Shown one piece after another: positions 1 through 8,925 of a stretch of DNA of 37,934 nt (position 1 is its first letter; the number at the start of each line of letters is the position of its first letter). The position numbers and the translations under genes were made by a program. This DNA is from a virus (lineage: Duplodnaviria; Caudoviricetes). The DNA lies in IMG/VR virus record IMGVR_UViG_3300027804_000119, positions 1-37,934 of that record. One strand, 5' to 3'. The notes beneath the pieces were generated by a model that saw only the letters and a program-made list of their open reading frames with translations, did no database searches and had not been told where the DNA came from.

Positions 1-115
1 CAGGAATCCTTTGTATGCTTGGTCGAGTAACTTGTTAATCTGTCGTGTAGCAAAATCAGTCTGTCCTTTGACATTCGGCACAGTACCGATGGAACCATAA
101 TGGGCAGTATGAAGC
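1..115. repeat. Terminal overlap, copy 1 (circular assembly)
   Basis: Matches 37820-37934. Bases 17-115 are identical (99 bp); mismatches at positions 3 and 16. Confidence 0.95.
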
Positions 116-480
116 ATAAACTCAGCACTGTCAGCGATATAACACTCAGGAGCCATACAAGCCAACATACTAGCTGCTGAATACGCAGCCCCAATAACTG
201 TAACGCTAACATCACCTCGACATCCTTTCATAGCTTCGATGATCTGCCAGATAGAGTCTGTCCGACCACCTGAACTGTTCACCAACAGGTTAACTGAATC
301 ATTCTCTCCGCAGGTAGCTAGGCAATGGATCACATCACGGTAGTTACTTGGGGAGGTAATGTCATCGTCAATGAATACCAAGTGAGTGTTGATCTGTTGT
401 TGAATTGTACGGATCAATCCCTTTTGCTCTGGCATCATCATCATTGCTAGTTCTTCCATCCCTTCATTAGCTTTACTCAT
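1..480 (-). CDS. clpP: ClpP-like serine protease, N-terminal part (continues across the join to 37667; about 210 aa in total)
   Basis: Hand translation from ATG at 480, which overlaps the phoH stop as TGATG: MSKANEG...LLVNSSGG...AYSAASML...FMLH. These are ClpP Ser and His motifs. In frame with the 37667-37900 ORF. Confidence 0.85.
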   Translation of the reverse strand, partial: MSKANEGMEELAMMMMPEQKGLIRTIQQQINTHLVFIDDDITSPSNYRDVIHCLATCGENDSVNLLVNSSGGRTDSIWQIIEAMKGCRGDVSVTVIGAAYSAASMLACMAPECYIADSAEFMLHTAHYGSIGTVPNVKGQTDFATRQINKLLDQAYKGFL

Positions 481-1229
481 CATTCTCCATCCTCATACTT
501 GGTTTTGGCAATGATATAGTTCTTAACAAGTGAGCTACGAACAATATCATCAATGTAGAACTCAATCCGTACAAATTCCTTCATACGTCCTGCGATGTCA
601 AAGAACTTCAAGATACCTGATTTATCATCCTTCTTCTTCAAGTCAGTCTGTCGGTAGTCACCACAGAAGATAATCTTGGACTTGTCACCAACACGAGTAA
701 TGATGGTGTCTAGTTCCTCGAAGGTCATGTTCTGAACCTCATCCACGACAATGATACTGTTTGAGAAGGTAGTACCCCGGATGAACGAGGTAGAGACAAA
801 CTCAATGTGTCCTTGCTCAACAAGTCGATCCCAAGCATCCTTACGCTTGAACAGGTCACTACAGATCTGACGATAAGGTTGAATGTACACCTCCATCTTC
901 TCATCTGCATCCCCCGGCAAGAACCCGATGTCACGGCTTTGGACACTACTACGGATCACAGTCACCTTGTTAAAGGGATTGTTACGATCCATAGCCTCTT
1001 CCAAGGCTTTGTACAAGGCAATGTATGTCTTACCTGTACCTGCTACACCGTGCAATGCCATGAAGTAGTTACTAGCCTGATACGCCTCGAAGAAGTCCAT
1101 CTGCTTCTCAGTCTTAGGCTTGATAACTGTCATGTCATCTAGCTTCAACTTCAAGCTGTTATTGGCTTTCTCACGAGGAGTCAACTCCTTAGCTGGAATA
1201 GCTCTGCTCATTGTCTGTTTACTTGCCAT
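480..1229 (-). CDS. phoH: PhoH-family ATPase
   Basis: GVAGTGKT Walker A, IGFLPG, FIRGTTF, VDEVQN, CGDYRQTD, DIVRS motifs. Confidence 0.95.
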   Translation of the reverse strand: MASKQTMSRAIPAKELTPREKANNSLKLKLDDMTVIKPKTEKQMDFFEAYQASNYFMALHGVAGTGKTYIALYKALEEAMDRNNPFNKVTVIRSSVQSRDIGFLPGDADEKMEVYIQPYRQICSDLFKRKDAWDRLVEQGHIEFVSTSFIRGTTFSNSIIVVDEVQNMTFEELDTIITRVGDKSKIIFCGDYRQTDLKKKDDKSGILKFFDIAGRMKEFVRIEFYIDDIVRSSLVKNYIIAKTKYEDGE

Positions 1230-1237
1230 ATTCTCCC

Positions 1238-1423
1238 TTATTCCTCGTTCACAAACTCTACGTAAGGCATCTGTCGTACCTGCGGGAACTTCGCTAGGAA
1301 GTCCTCACGGGTCATGTCTTTGCCTACATTGATCTCTGTAAAGGACTCGCCATCCTTAGTCAGGCGAGCCTTCAGAGCCGTACAAGCAGGGCAGTTATCC
1401 TTGCTGTAGACCACAATCTTCAT
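1238..1423 (-). CDS. Glutaredoxin/NrdH-like redoxin
   Basis: MKIVVYSKDNCPAC (CxxC) and RQMP cis-Pro motif; adjacent to nrdA; AGGAG SD before ATG at 1423. Confidence 0.9.
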   Translation of the reverse strand: MKIVVYSKDNCPACTALKARLTKDGESFTEINVGKDMTREDFLAKFPQVRQMPYVEFVNEE

Positions 1424-1431
1424 ACTTCTCC

Positions 1432-3141
1432 TTATGCGTGACAGGCAACACACTCCCCAGAGCTGGCACTGACACCAGCCTTGGTACGAATGTAGTACAG
1501 ACTCAAGATACGAGGATCTTTAAACGCTGCCTTGTGGACAGCAGAGATATGCTCCTCTGGGTCATCTGCACCGAAGAACAGATTGATAGATTGACCTTGG
1601 CAGATGTACTGTTGGCGCTCAGACGCTTGGTTCAAGATGACGTAAGGGTCAATCTCGAATGCTGTCTTGAACACTTCCTTCTCAGCATCGGTCATCCATG
1701 TTACGTGCTGGATAGAACCATCGTGGCTTGCAATCTCAAGCAATGTCTCACGACTGTACACACCTTCACGCTTCATAATCTCCAGCAACTCAGGCACTAC
1801 TCGGATGGTTTCTCCTCCTGCTCCTTGTTGGACGAAAACGTTTCCAATAAATGGCTCAATACCTTGAGATACCCCGCCCATAAGCTGGCTTGTTGACATG
1901 GTGGGAGCAACAGCAAGGCGGTGTGTATTTCGGACTCCATATCCTTTGCAATAAGCAGGCTCTCCAAGTTGTCCTGCGAGATACCTGCTTGCCTCTGTTG
2001 ACTTCTTGTTAATTCCATCAAAGATCTCCACGTTAAGTTTCCGAGCTTGAAAGCTCTCAAAAGGTATCATTCGCTTGTGCAACAGGGAGTGCCAGCCTAG
2101 TACACCTAAGCCTAACGCACGACTCTTTTCAGTGCTCTCCACCGCCTTTTCAAAGCCTCTTTTGCCAGAAGCCATCGACAGGAACTCACTAACAACACAA
2201 TCAAGGAATACTGTCGCAGTGAATACAGCATCCGTGTCTTTCCACTCATCATACTTCTCCAAGTTCATAGATGCCAAGATACAGGTGAATGTCTCTTCCT
2301 CGCCACTGTGCAGCATGATCTCTGTACACAGGTTAGAAGCCTTAACATCCAAGTTATGGGCTTTGTACATCTCAGGACGGGCATCTGCAACCTTATCAGT
2401 GAACAGGAAGTAACCCTTACCTGTCAACATCTTCAGCTTCAATGCCTTCTGATAACGCTCAATAGCTTCAGGATGGCCACTATCCAAAGACTCCATGAAG
2501 TCCTTGCTGATCGTCCAGCCTACGTTAGCATCATCAGGGTTATTCTTGACCCAATCAGCCAACTCGTTAAAGTCAGGATGATCAATAGGCAAGTAACCAG
2601 CCCAAGCTCCTCGGCGAGCAACCCCTTGAGTCACTCGCTTCATAGCATCTACGTAGGTTTGAAATACAGGTAGAACTCCCGAAGCAGTGCCACCAGTGGC
2701 GATTTGCGAGCCTCGGGGTCGAATGTCTCCCAGATACCCACTAGTACCAAAGCCATTTTTAGTAAGCACAGCAGTGTCAAGAAGCTCACCATAGAAGTCA
2801 GCAACACTATCGCCAATGTACTGCCCACTACAAGCGACAGGCATCCCCTTAGTAGTCCCAAGATTAGCCAGTGTAGGCGTTGACGGACTAAGCCAGCCAT
2901 TCCAGATAACTTTAAAGAACTTAGCATACCAATCTACTCCATCTTTAGGTGCGTGTTTAGCTGCCGTAACAGCGATCTGGTGCACACGATTCTTAAAGCT
3001 CGTTGAGCCTTCCATGTACTTGCTCTTGAACAAGCCCCAACCACCTGTCTGATACCAGTTAGGCAACAAACCTTGCTGTTGGAGTCGTTTACGCTCTGCG
3101 CTCAAGAACTCATACTTGTTGTCTAATACTGCATTACTCAT
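1432..3141 (-). CDS. nrdA: Class I ribonucleotide reductase alpha subunit (no ATP cone)
   Basis: SPSTPTLAN, SNLCTEI active-site loop, VAPTMSTS, SQGIEP, LSLYY, C-terminal CVAC. Start placed at MSNAVLD. Confidence 0.95.
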   Translation of the reverse strand: MSNAVLDNKYEFLSAERKRLQQQGLLPNWYQTGGWGLFKSKYMEGSTSFKNRVHQIAVTAAKHAPKDGVDWYAKFFKVIWNGWLSPSTPTLANLGTTKGMPVACSGQYIGDSVADFYGELLDTAVLTKNGFGTSGYLGDIRPRGSQIATGGTASGVLPVFQTYVDAMKRVTQGVARRGAWAGYLPIDHPDFNELADWVKNNPDDANVGWTISKDFMESLDSGHPEAIERYQKALKLKMLTGKGYFLFTDKVADARPEMYKAHNLDVKASNLCTEIMLHSGEEETFTCILASMNLEKYDEWKDTDAVFTATVFLDCVVSEFLSMASGKRGFEKAVESTEKSRALGLGVLGWHSLLHKRMIPFESFQARKLNVEIFDGINKKSTEASRYLAGQLGEPAYCKGYGVRNTHRLAVAPTMSTSQLMGGVSQGIEPFIGNVFVQQGAGGETIRVVPELLEIMKREGVYSRETLLEIASHDGSIQHVTWMTDAEKEVFKTAFEIDPYVILNQASERQQYICQGQSINLFFGADDPEEHISAVHKAAFKDPRILSLYYIRTKAGVSASSGECVACHA

Positions 3142-3616
3142 AACGTGCAAATTCTCCATGTATTTCATCCATCTTAGCTTTTGCAAGCGCAACAGCTTCG
3201 TCATAGTCTTCCATCACTTTATGAAAGACTCGGACACGGTTCAGGGTAATATCAATTACCCAACGATTACGTGTGTTGCTCCAGTACACATTCTTACATC
3301 CTGACTTGTTAGCTGAGTTAAGACGGTTACACCCATTTTGGGAATGATCAGCCAATCGTAAATTCATCCAAGAATTGTCTCGTTTAACTCCGTTGATGTG
3401 ATCTACGTTTCCGTCAGGCCAAAACCCTGTTTTAAGAAACCAGCAAATTCGGTGCACATAATAATTATGCCCAAAAACGCGTACAACTAAATAACCGTTA
3501 TTGCTCAGAGTACCTGCTTCTTCGTTATTTCCACTGTACCATAACGAATAGTTGTCATAATAAAAACGCCTCTTAATCTCGTCATCACTTAAAATTTCTT
3601 CCTTGTCTTTTACCAT
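3134..3616 (-). mobile_element. Free-standing HNH homing endonuclease with AP2-like C-terminus
   Basis: VHRICW...VDHING..DN..NLR...N HNH motif followed by NKSGCKNVYW...RW. AT-rich, wedged between and overlapping nrdB and nrdA. Confidence 0.88.
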
Positions 3617-4566
3617 ATGAAAGCCCTTTCATTCCATTTACGGTGATACGAGTTGCCCACCTTAGCGAAGAAATCATGGATGGTACTAGAGCTAATGCCT
3701 AAGTAGAACCACTCAGAAATTGTATCACCAGTTTCCTCAAAGATACTGTCAAAGCCCAAATTGTTCAAGCATACGTTAGCTCGTGCATTGACGAAAGCTT
3801 TCATGGCAGGTGCATTGATACCTTCAATGTCTCCTTGGGAGAACAACAGGTCAACAATACGGTGCTCATGGTCAACCAAAGCCTTAGCTGCTTGCTCAAT
3901 CCGTGACTTCATCCATTCCTTATCTAGCTTGTTCTCTTCCACGTAGGTGCGGAACAACCAAGCACCTGCTTCGTGGTGGATATTCTCATCTCGCACGGAG
4001 AAGTTAATACCTGCCACAAGGTTACTTAGCTTGTTCTTACCGTTACTCTGGAAGTGCTTCAGGAAAGCAAAGCTAGAGTAAAGGATACAGCCTTCCATCA
4101 TTGAGAAGACAGCCAAGGAAAGGGGAATATCACGACTACCAGCAATAGCATCCAAGTACCCGACACGGCTAGCCAGTACAGGATCATACTGCCAAGATTG
4201 ATGGAACTCTTCAGTAGCCAAGCCCAGAAGTTCATTAATTCGGTTATAAAATCGTGCATGGACATTACTTTCAAAGTAGCAAAAGGCATCGGCCATCAGA
4301 CCAATGTCAGGATGCTGAAAATTAGGTTTAACAGTACCAGACCAATACTCATCCCCAACAATTCGTTCGTATTTCGTGAACAGCTTAAGTGCAGTAGTAA
4401 CACCATGACGTTCAGCAGGAGTAAAGTCGGTAAGTATTGAGTGTACATCTTTTTCCAGATCAATTTCATCAAATGTCCAGAATACACCGTTCTGCTTATC
4501 AGCAAAGGCCAAAGCCTCTGGATAGTCGAAGGTGTAAGCTGTCTTCTTTGTTAACAGGTTACGCAT
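3610..4566 (-). CDS. nrdB: Class I ribonucleotide reductase beta subunit
   Basis: FWTFDEIDL, ESNVHARFY, MEGCILYSSF, RDENIH, HDFF ferritin-like ligand motifs. Confidence 0.93.
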   Translation of the reverse strand: MRNLLTKKTAYTFDYPEALAFADKQNGVFWTFDEIDLEKDVHSILTDFTPAERHGVTTALKLFTKYERIVGDEYWSGTVKPNFQHPDIGLMADAFCYFESNVHARFYNRINELLGLATEEFHQSWQYDPVLASRVGYLDAIAGSRDIPLSLAVFSMMEGCILYSSFAFLKHFQSNGKNKLSNLVAGINFSVRDENIHHEAGAWLFRTYVEENKLDKEWMKSRIEQAAKALVDHEHRIVDLLFSQGDIEGINAPAMKAFVNARANVCLNNLGFDSIFEETGDTISEWFYLGISSSTIHDFFAKVGNSYHRKWNERAFIW

Positions 4567-4721
4567 CAGTAAATCTCTCTCATCAGTTGTTCTTGTTTAT
4601 CTTCAATGAAATCCTCAAAGCGCTCGATGATGTCATCACTGTGGATGTTAAGCAACTCCAACAGTGTGACTTCATCAATCCTTTGAAGCTTCTCTTTAAG
4701 CTCTTCAAAAGTCAGATTCAT
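4566..4721 (-). CDS. Small acidic hypothetical protein (51 aa)
   Basis: Hand-found: MNLTFEELKEKLQRIDEVTLLELLNIHSDDIIERFEDFIEDKQEQLMREIY. Its stop overlaps the nrdB start (TGATG). Confidence 0.75.
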   Translation of the reverse strand: MNLTFEELKEKLQRIDEVTLLELLNIHSDDIIERFEDFIEDKQEQLMREIY

Positions 4722-5205
4722 AGCTATCAATCAACTTGTCCAGATACCATCGAGCTTTCTTCAAGTCCTCTTGACCGTTCTTGTCCATGAAGCGCATCAG
4801 ATATTGCATCATCTGTACATAGTCGGCAATGAACATATGACTGTTAAACATATGCACAGCCTCTTGGTCAAACTTGTCTACTAACTTCTGGATCACATCC
4901 CGCACTTCAATGCCTTCTTCCTCGAATAGCATATAGTGCTTAGGCTTGCTCACAGGATCATGAGGGATGCCCTTGTACGATACCCAGAAGTCCTCTTGCT
5001 CTACCCCGTTGGTCTGTGAATACCACTCATCAATAGCTTCCTTAAGAGGCTTGGCTGTATACGGTTTCTTCGTTTCGATTCGATCTCCACTGGACATATA
5101 CACATCTCCCTTTACATAGTTAGAGTACCCCGTACACAGTGTACAAGGAGCTTCAAGGTCTTTGTCCATCAGTGCATAGAAGCACGTATTACACTTGTTT
5201 TCCAT
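4705..5205 (-). CDS. DUF3310 / T7 gp1.7-like nucleotide kinase with N-terminal Cys motif
   Basis: DPVSKPKHY...IEVRDVI...YLMRFMDKNGQEDLKKARWYL; N-terminal CxxC...CxxC. Confidence 0.75.
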   Translation of the reverse strand: MENKCNTCFYALMDKDLEAPCTLCTGYSNYVKGDVYMSSGDRIETKKPYTAKPLKEAIDEWYSQTNGVEQEDFWVSYKGIPHDPVSKPKHYMLFEEEGIEVRDVIQKLVDKFDQEAVHMFNSHMFIADYVQMMQYLMRFMDKNGQEDLKKARWYLDKLIDSYESDF

Positions 5206-5959
5206 ACTTGCGCTCCAGATATTCGATAGACAGAAGCATCTCATCGAAGCCGCCATCCTTGACATCATTTAACATCAGCAGTCCTCGCCAGTGGCGGTTA
5301 CTAAGCTGATCCATGTAGTCCTCATCGTGCAGATAATAACTACCTGCAATGATAGCACAGATAGGCTTACCGTCAGCACGTTTACCGTAGGCAATCTGCT
5401 TACCCTGCTGATGCCCTGCAATGCAGCTCATGTGAAGTTTATTGACAATAGCCGAAGCAGTTCCAGCAGGACGGCCCATAGCACCAACAGGCCAGTAGTG
5501 ATTAAAACCAACACCGTTAATGAATACAGGGTGGAGAAAGTCATGTACTTCCCAATCCTTGTCGTAATCCAAGTCTTTAACACTGATCAATCCTTCCAAG
5601 GTAGGGTTGTTGTTAACAGCACGGTTGATACGGTTCTCATGGTTGCCCAGAGTCAGGATCATCTTAGGCTTGTAGATCTTATGCTTGGATTCCTTCTGAG
5701 TCTTTTGCAAGTCACGCAAAGGCTGTAGGAGCTTCTTCATAGCCTCCTTGACCACCTCTACATCTTTCTTGTACCGAAGACCTTCAAAGTACTTAGACCC
5801 TTTAACATCATGTGTAGACAGTGAGGGCATATCCGCGAAATCACCAATGTTAACTACAACATCAGGCCGATAATCACAGATAGCCTTCCCTGCCCACTCA
5901 AGATGATCCAGAGGTACTCCTTCTTTGACTTGGCAATCAGGAATAACTAGGATCTTCAT
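5189..5959 (-). CDS. Calcineurin-like metallophosphoesterase
   Basis: IPDCQ, NIGDFAD, LGNHE, AGHQQ motifs. Confidence 0.88.
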   Translation of the reverse strand: MKILVIPDCQVKEGVPLDHLEWAGKAICDYRPDVVVNIGDFADMPSLSTHDVKGSKYFEGLRYKKDVEVVKEAMKKLLQPLRDLQKTQKESKHKIYKPKMILTLGNHENRINRAVNNNPTLEGLISVKDLDYDKDWEVHDFLHPVFINGVGFNHYWPVGAMGRPAGTASAIVNKLHMSCIAGHQQGKQIAYGKRADGKPICAIIAGSYYLHDEDYMDQLSNRHWRGLLMLNDVKDGGFDEMLLSIEYLERKYGKQV

Positions 5960-5961
5960 GC

Positions 5962-6198
5962 TTATTCGTCCTTAGAGAAATACTTACCAGTCCAAGGTTC
6001 AGGTAACGTTTCATACCGAGGTTGTTCAATACGGATAGAGTCTTTAATGTTGTACCCGTACACACTCTGGAGGAAGTTAACAAAGTCATTGAGCACTTCA
6101 GGCCATGTGACCTCATCCAGTGTTACTTCGTGTTTAGAGACTTTACCACCGCAGTCACGGTACATAAATCCATAGCTTGTGTAATCTTCATCGTTCAT
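5962..6198 (-). CDS. Hypothetical protein
   Basis: 78-aa ORF tightly packed in the operon. Confidence 0.7.
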   Translation of the reverse strand: MNDEDYTSYGFMYRDCGGKVSKHEVTLDEVTWPEVLNDFVNFLQSVYGYNIKDSIRIEQPRYETLPEPWTGKYFSKDE

Positions 6199-6496
6199 CG
6201 CCAGATCCTTTCAATGTATTGTTCGCTTGACGCTGTGCAAGCTTTTGGAGGTTCTTGCTAGCCAGATCAGCCAAGCTCCAACCCATAACTGTAGACAAAC
6301 CAGCGATCTGCCAGAGCACATCACCGATCTCCTTTTGCATTCCTGCCTCGTCCAAGATCCCATCACGAATCCACTTGGCGTACTTACCAGCCACTTCACC
6401 AGCTTCAGAGGTAAGGTTAGATACCATGTAAGCAGGGTTCTTAGCTGTCTCTAACGCTGTCTTGAACGCTAACTCTTGATACTCTTCAAATGTCAT
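6188..6496 (-). CDS. MazG-like NTP pyrophosphohydrolase
   Basis: LTSEAGEVAGK...KEIGDVLW...NLQKL..R..LKGSGD. Confidence 0.88.
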   Translation of the reverse strand: MTFEEYQELAFKTALETAKNPAYMVSNLTSEAGEVAGKYAKWIRDGILDEAGMQKEIGDVLWQIAGLSTVMGWSLADLASKNLQKLAQRQANNTLKGSGDER

Positions 6497-7118
6497 TAAA
6501 TGCCCCCATCGTATGTGGAAATAGTTTAGTCAGTTCATCACGGCACTTCTCAGCAACCTCTCGGTGCTCCTTCTGCGTAGCCTTATCACAGCGAATATCC
6601 ACATAGTGAAGCCAACTACGCAGTGTGCCATTCATGTACATCTTGCTCATAGTCAATCCTTCAGGCAGTAGCTTTCGTGCTTGTTCCTTGGCAACCCCTT
6701 TGGCAAGAGCCATGTTATAAACCAGTTCAGCGTCATCACGAATCCTTTGTTGTGCCTTAAACCACCAAGAGTGCAGATCTGAGTCTCCAACCTCGATGCT
6801 GTTCTGTCGGTTCCTCATGTCCTGTAGGCGTACCTCAGACAACTCAAACCCCTGTACAGCAGCGTATCGCTGAGAGAACTCCTGAAAGCTAAAGCTACGA
6901 TGGCGAAGGATCTGCCGTGCAATGTCACGGGTAGTCTCAATCTCCATACATACGTTAGCCATCTCAAATGGACTCCAATGCTTGTGTTTGATCAGATACT
7001 TCAGAAGCTTTGGCGCTGTTTCTTGAGCATTCTGGTTCTCAGGGTTACTCACACGAGCACAGTATGCCACTGCTTCCTCAGCATTCGGTGTAGCCCACAC
7101 TACTTTAACTACTGACAT
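6486..7118 (-). CDS. thyX: Flavin-dependent thymidylate synthase
   Basis: HWSPFE and RHRSFSFQEFSQRY signature; TQKEHR. Confidence 0.96.
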   Translation of the reverse strand: MSVVKVVWATPNAEEAVAYCARVSNPENQNAQETAPKLLKYLIKHKHWSPFEMANVCMEIETTRDIARQILRHRSFSFQEFSQRYAAVQGFELSEVRLQDMRNRQNSIEVGDSDLHSWWFKAQQRIRDDAELVYNMALAKGVAKEQARKLLPEGLTMSKMYMNGTLRSWLHYVDIRCDKATQKEHREVAEKCRDELTKLFPHTMGAFNDI

Positions 7119-7275
7119 CTTCACCTTCCACCTTTAGTGTATCACCTGCACGAATCCCTGCCTTTAGAGCTTCTAGGATTCCCAACCGAAGAAGCGAAGC
7201 AGCCTCTTCCGCTGTCAGGTCAAAGTTATAGCTTGCGCTACCGTCTTCGTTCTCTTTAATAAGCTCAACATTCAT
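7105..7275 (-). CDS. Hypothetical protein (MNVELIKENEDGSA...)
   Basis: Fills the gap between endonuclease and thyX; GGAG upstream of ATG at 7275. Confidence 0.7.
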   Translation of the reverse strand: MNVELIKENEDGSASYNFDLTAEEAASLLRLGILEALKAGIRAGDTLKVEGEDVSS

Positions 7276-7675
7276 TGATCCACTCCGTTGGGATAGTCTT
7301 ATCAGCGAACAAGTATCCGTGCTTCCTACACCACATAGCATACGTTGTCTTAGACGCTTTGCTGATACGTGCATTGGAATTACTGAATACAAACCTAATG
7401 TCCAACTCTGGATTATGTTTCTTAACCATCAAGTGCTTCATTCGGTCAGCTAGGAGGAATCTCCCCTTAGTCTCCACGATGATACCATTGGCAAGCACAA
7501 AGTCAGGTGTGTAGATATGTTCAGAAGCAGGTCGAATGTACTTCAACTTGACCTTCTCATACGTATACTCCACCCCTAACTGATCCAGTTGTTCCGCTAT
7601 GCGCTCTTCGAGTCCGCTACGGAATCCGTACTTAGTTGCAACTTGTTTGGCAGTAAATTTACGTCCGGTTGCCAT
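7265..7675 (-). CDS. T7 gp3-like endonuclease I (Holliday junction resolvase)
   Basis: FRSGLEE, YTPDFVLANGIIVETKGRF, PELDIRFVF, TTYAMWC. Confidence 0.93.
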   Translation of the reverse strand: MATGRKFTAKQVATKYGFRSGLEERIAEQLDQLGVEYTYEKVKLKYIRPASEHIYTPDFVLANGIIVETKGRFLLADRMKHLMVKKHNPELDIRFVFSNSNARISKASKTTYAMWCRKHGYLFADKTIPTEWINEC

Positions 7676-8370
7676 AACTCTCCTTCATATCGTCTTAGCC
7701 ACAAAAGCTGTCCCTGTTCCGTAAAGTATTCCATCGTATGGCCGTGTTCTTGATACTTTTCCCACGCTGCTTGTAAAAGCTCTTCTTTAGTCTTTGCATC
7801 TTTGAGAGCTTTCTCAGCCTTTTTAGGGCCAATACCCGCCAAGCACGGAATGTTGTCAATCCTGTCCCCCGTAAGTATTTGCGAAACAAAAGACTTAAAG
7901 GCGTTAAAATCATCGACATAGTACCTCTCATCCTTTACAGGGTTGTAGTGCCATCCTTGAAGCTGATCCAAGTCCTTATCCACATGAACGATCCAGCAGT
8001 TGTCTAACATCTTGGTCGATTCAATGGCTACGGTATCGTCAGCTTCCTCGCCAACTGTAAGGATAGCTTCGTGACGCTTGACTAGATGCTCCCGTAGGGC
8101 TTCGTAGTGCTTAGGTCGTTGAACATCCTTACGGTTGCCTTTGTATGGCACTGTCTTGGCAATGTCATAACGGTAGTTAGATTTACCTGTGATCCACGCT
8201 TTGTATTCATCAGCCTTGAGATTCACATAGATAAAGTCTTCTAACCACTCCGTTAATCTAGCCTTGGCAATGCCGACTGGTTCGTCTTCCGAAGAGAATG
8301 CTATTCGGTAGACTAAAAAGTCAGCATCAACCAGTGCAATCTTAGGCTCAGAGGATGTCTGAGTCATCAT
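7597..8370 (-). CDS. 5'-3' exonuclease (T7 gp6/RNase H-like)
   Basis: LVDADFLVY, YKGNR, EADD, DKDLDQ, GDRIDNIP..GIGPKKA. Exact start uncertain. Confidence 0.92.
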   Translation of the reverse strand: MMTQTSSEPKIALVDADFLVYRIAFSSEDEPVGIAKARLTEWLEDFIYVNLKADEYKAWITGKSNYRYDIAKTVPYKGNRKDVQRPKHYEALREHLVKRHEAILTVGEEADDTVAIESTKMLDNCWIVHVDKDLDQLQGWHYNPVKDERYYVDDFNAFKSFVSQILTGDRIDNIPCLAGIGPKKAEKALKDAKTKEELLQAAWEKYQEHGHTMEYFTEQGQLLWLRRYEGELWQPDVNLLPNKLQLSTDSVADSKSA

Positions 8371-8764
8371 CGCCTTCAGCACCCTCACCGTAGACAACCA
8401 AGTCAGTCACGATGAGCTTACCGATAGAAGGGGCAGCACCGAACTTAGCTGACATCTTGTGACGGTAGGAGCCAACCAAGGCTGTTACCTTAGTGCCGTT
8501 ACCGATCTTGCTGATGTCAACAGCGTTGCCTTCAGTGTCCACAGGCTCGAACACAAACTTGGACTTACCTACAATGTAGTTACCCATTGTGTCCTTGTTC
8601 TTGATCACAATACCTTGTGCCTTCAACGCCTCACAAGCCTTGTCAGACAGCATACCGAGTGTACATTCGTACTTGGTGTTGTCCTCGTTGAACTTGGTGT
8701 TGAACTCTTTCATCCAGTTAGCCCAGAAGAGTTGACCGGAGACTTTGGCGGGTTTGTTATCCAT
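8348..8764 (-). CDS. ssb: Probable single-stranded DNA-binding protein
   Basis: Lies between polymerase and exonuclease; IGNGTKV motif; acidic tail EGDDDSDIL. Confidence 0.75.
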   Translation of the reverse strand: MDNKPAKVSGQLFWANWMKEFNTKFNEDNTKYECTLGMLSDKACEALKAQGIVIKNKDTMGNYIVGKSKFVFEPVDTEGNAVDISKIGNGTKVTALVGSYRHKMSAKFGAAPSIGKLIVTDLVVYGEGAEGDDDSDIL

Positions 8765-8828
8765 GATTTAATTTCCTTTAATTTCCATTTAAGTTTCAAG
8801 AATGTCTGTCTTTCCAGACTGTCATTTA

Positions 8829-8913
8829 TGGTACGAGTGGCGGGACTTGAACCCGCAAGCCTTTCGGCGTTGGATTTTAAATCCAGTGTGTTTGCCTGTT
8901 TCACCACACTCGC
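8829..8913 (-). tRNA. tRNA-Leu(UAA), type II, CCA encoded
   Basis: GCGAGTG/CACTCGT acceptor stem plus ACCA; anticodon loop TT-TAA-AA; long variable arm with GAAA loop; GGTTCAAGTCC T-arm. Confidence 0.95.
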
Positions 8914-8925
8914 TTCTTACCTAAT

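Noticed and set aside
3134-3616. Group I intron or intein splitting the RNR
   Set aside because: nrdA and nrdB are each intact, and there is no non-coding room for a ribozyme.
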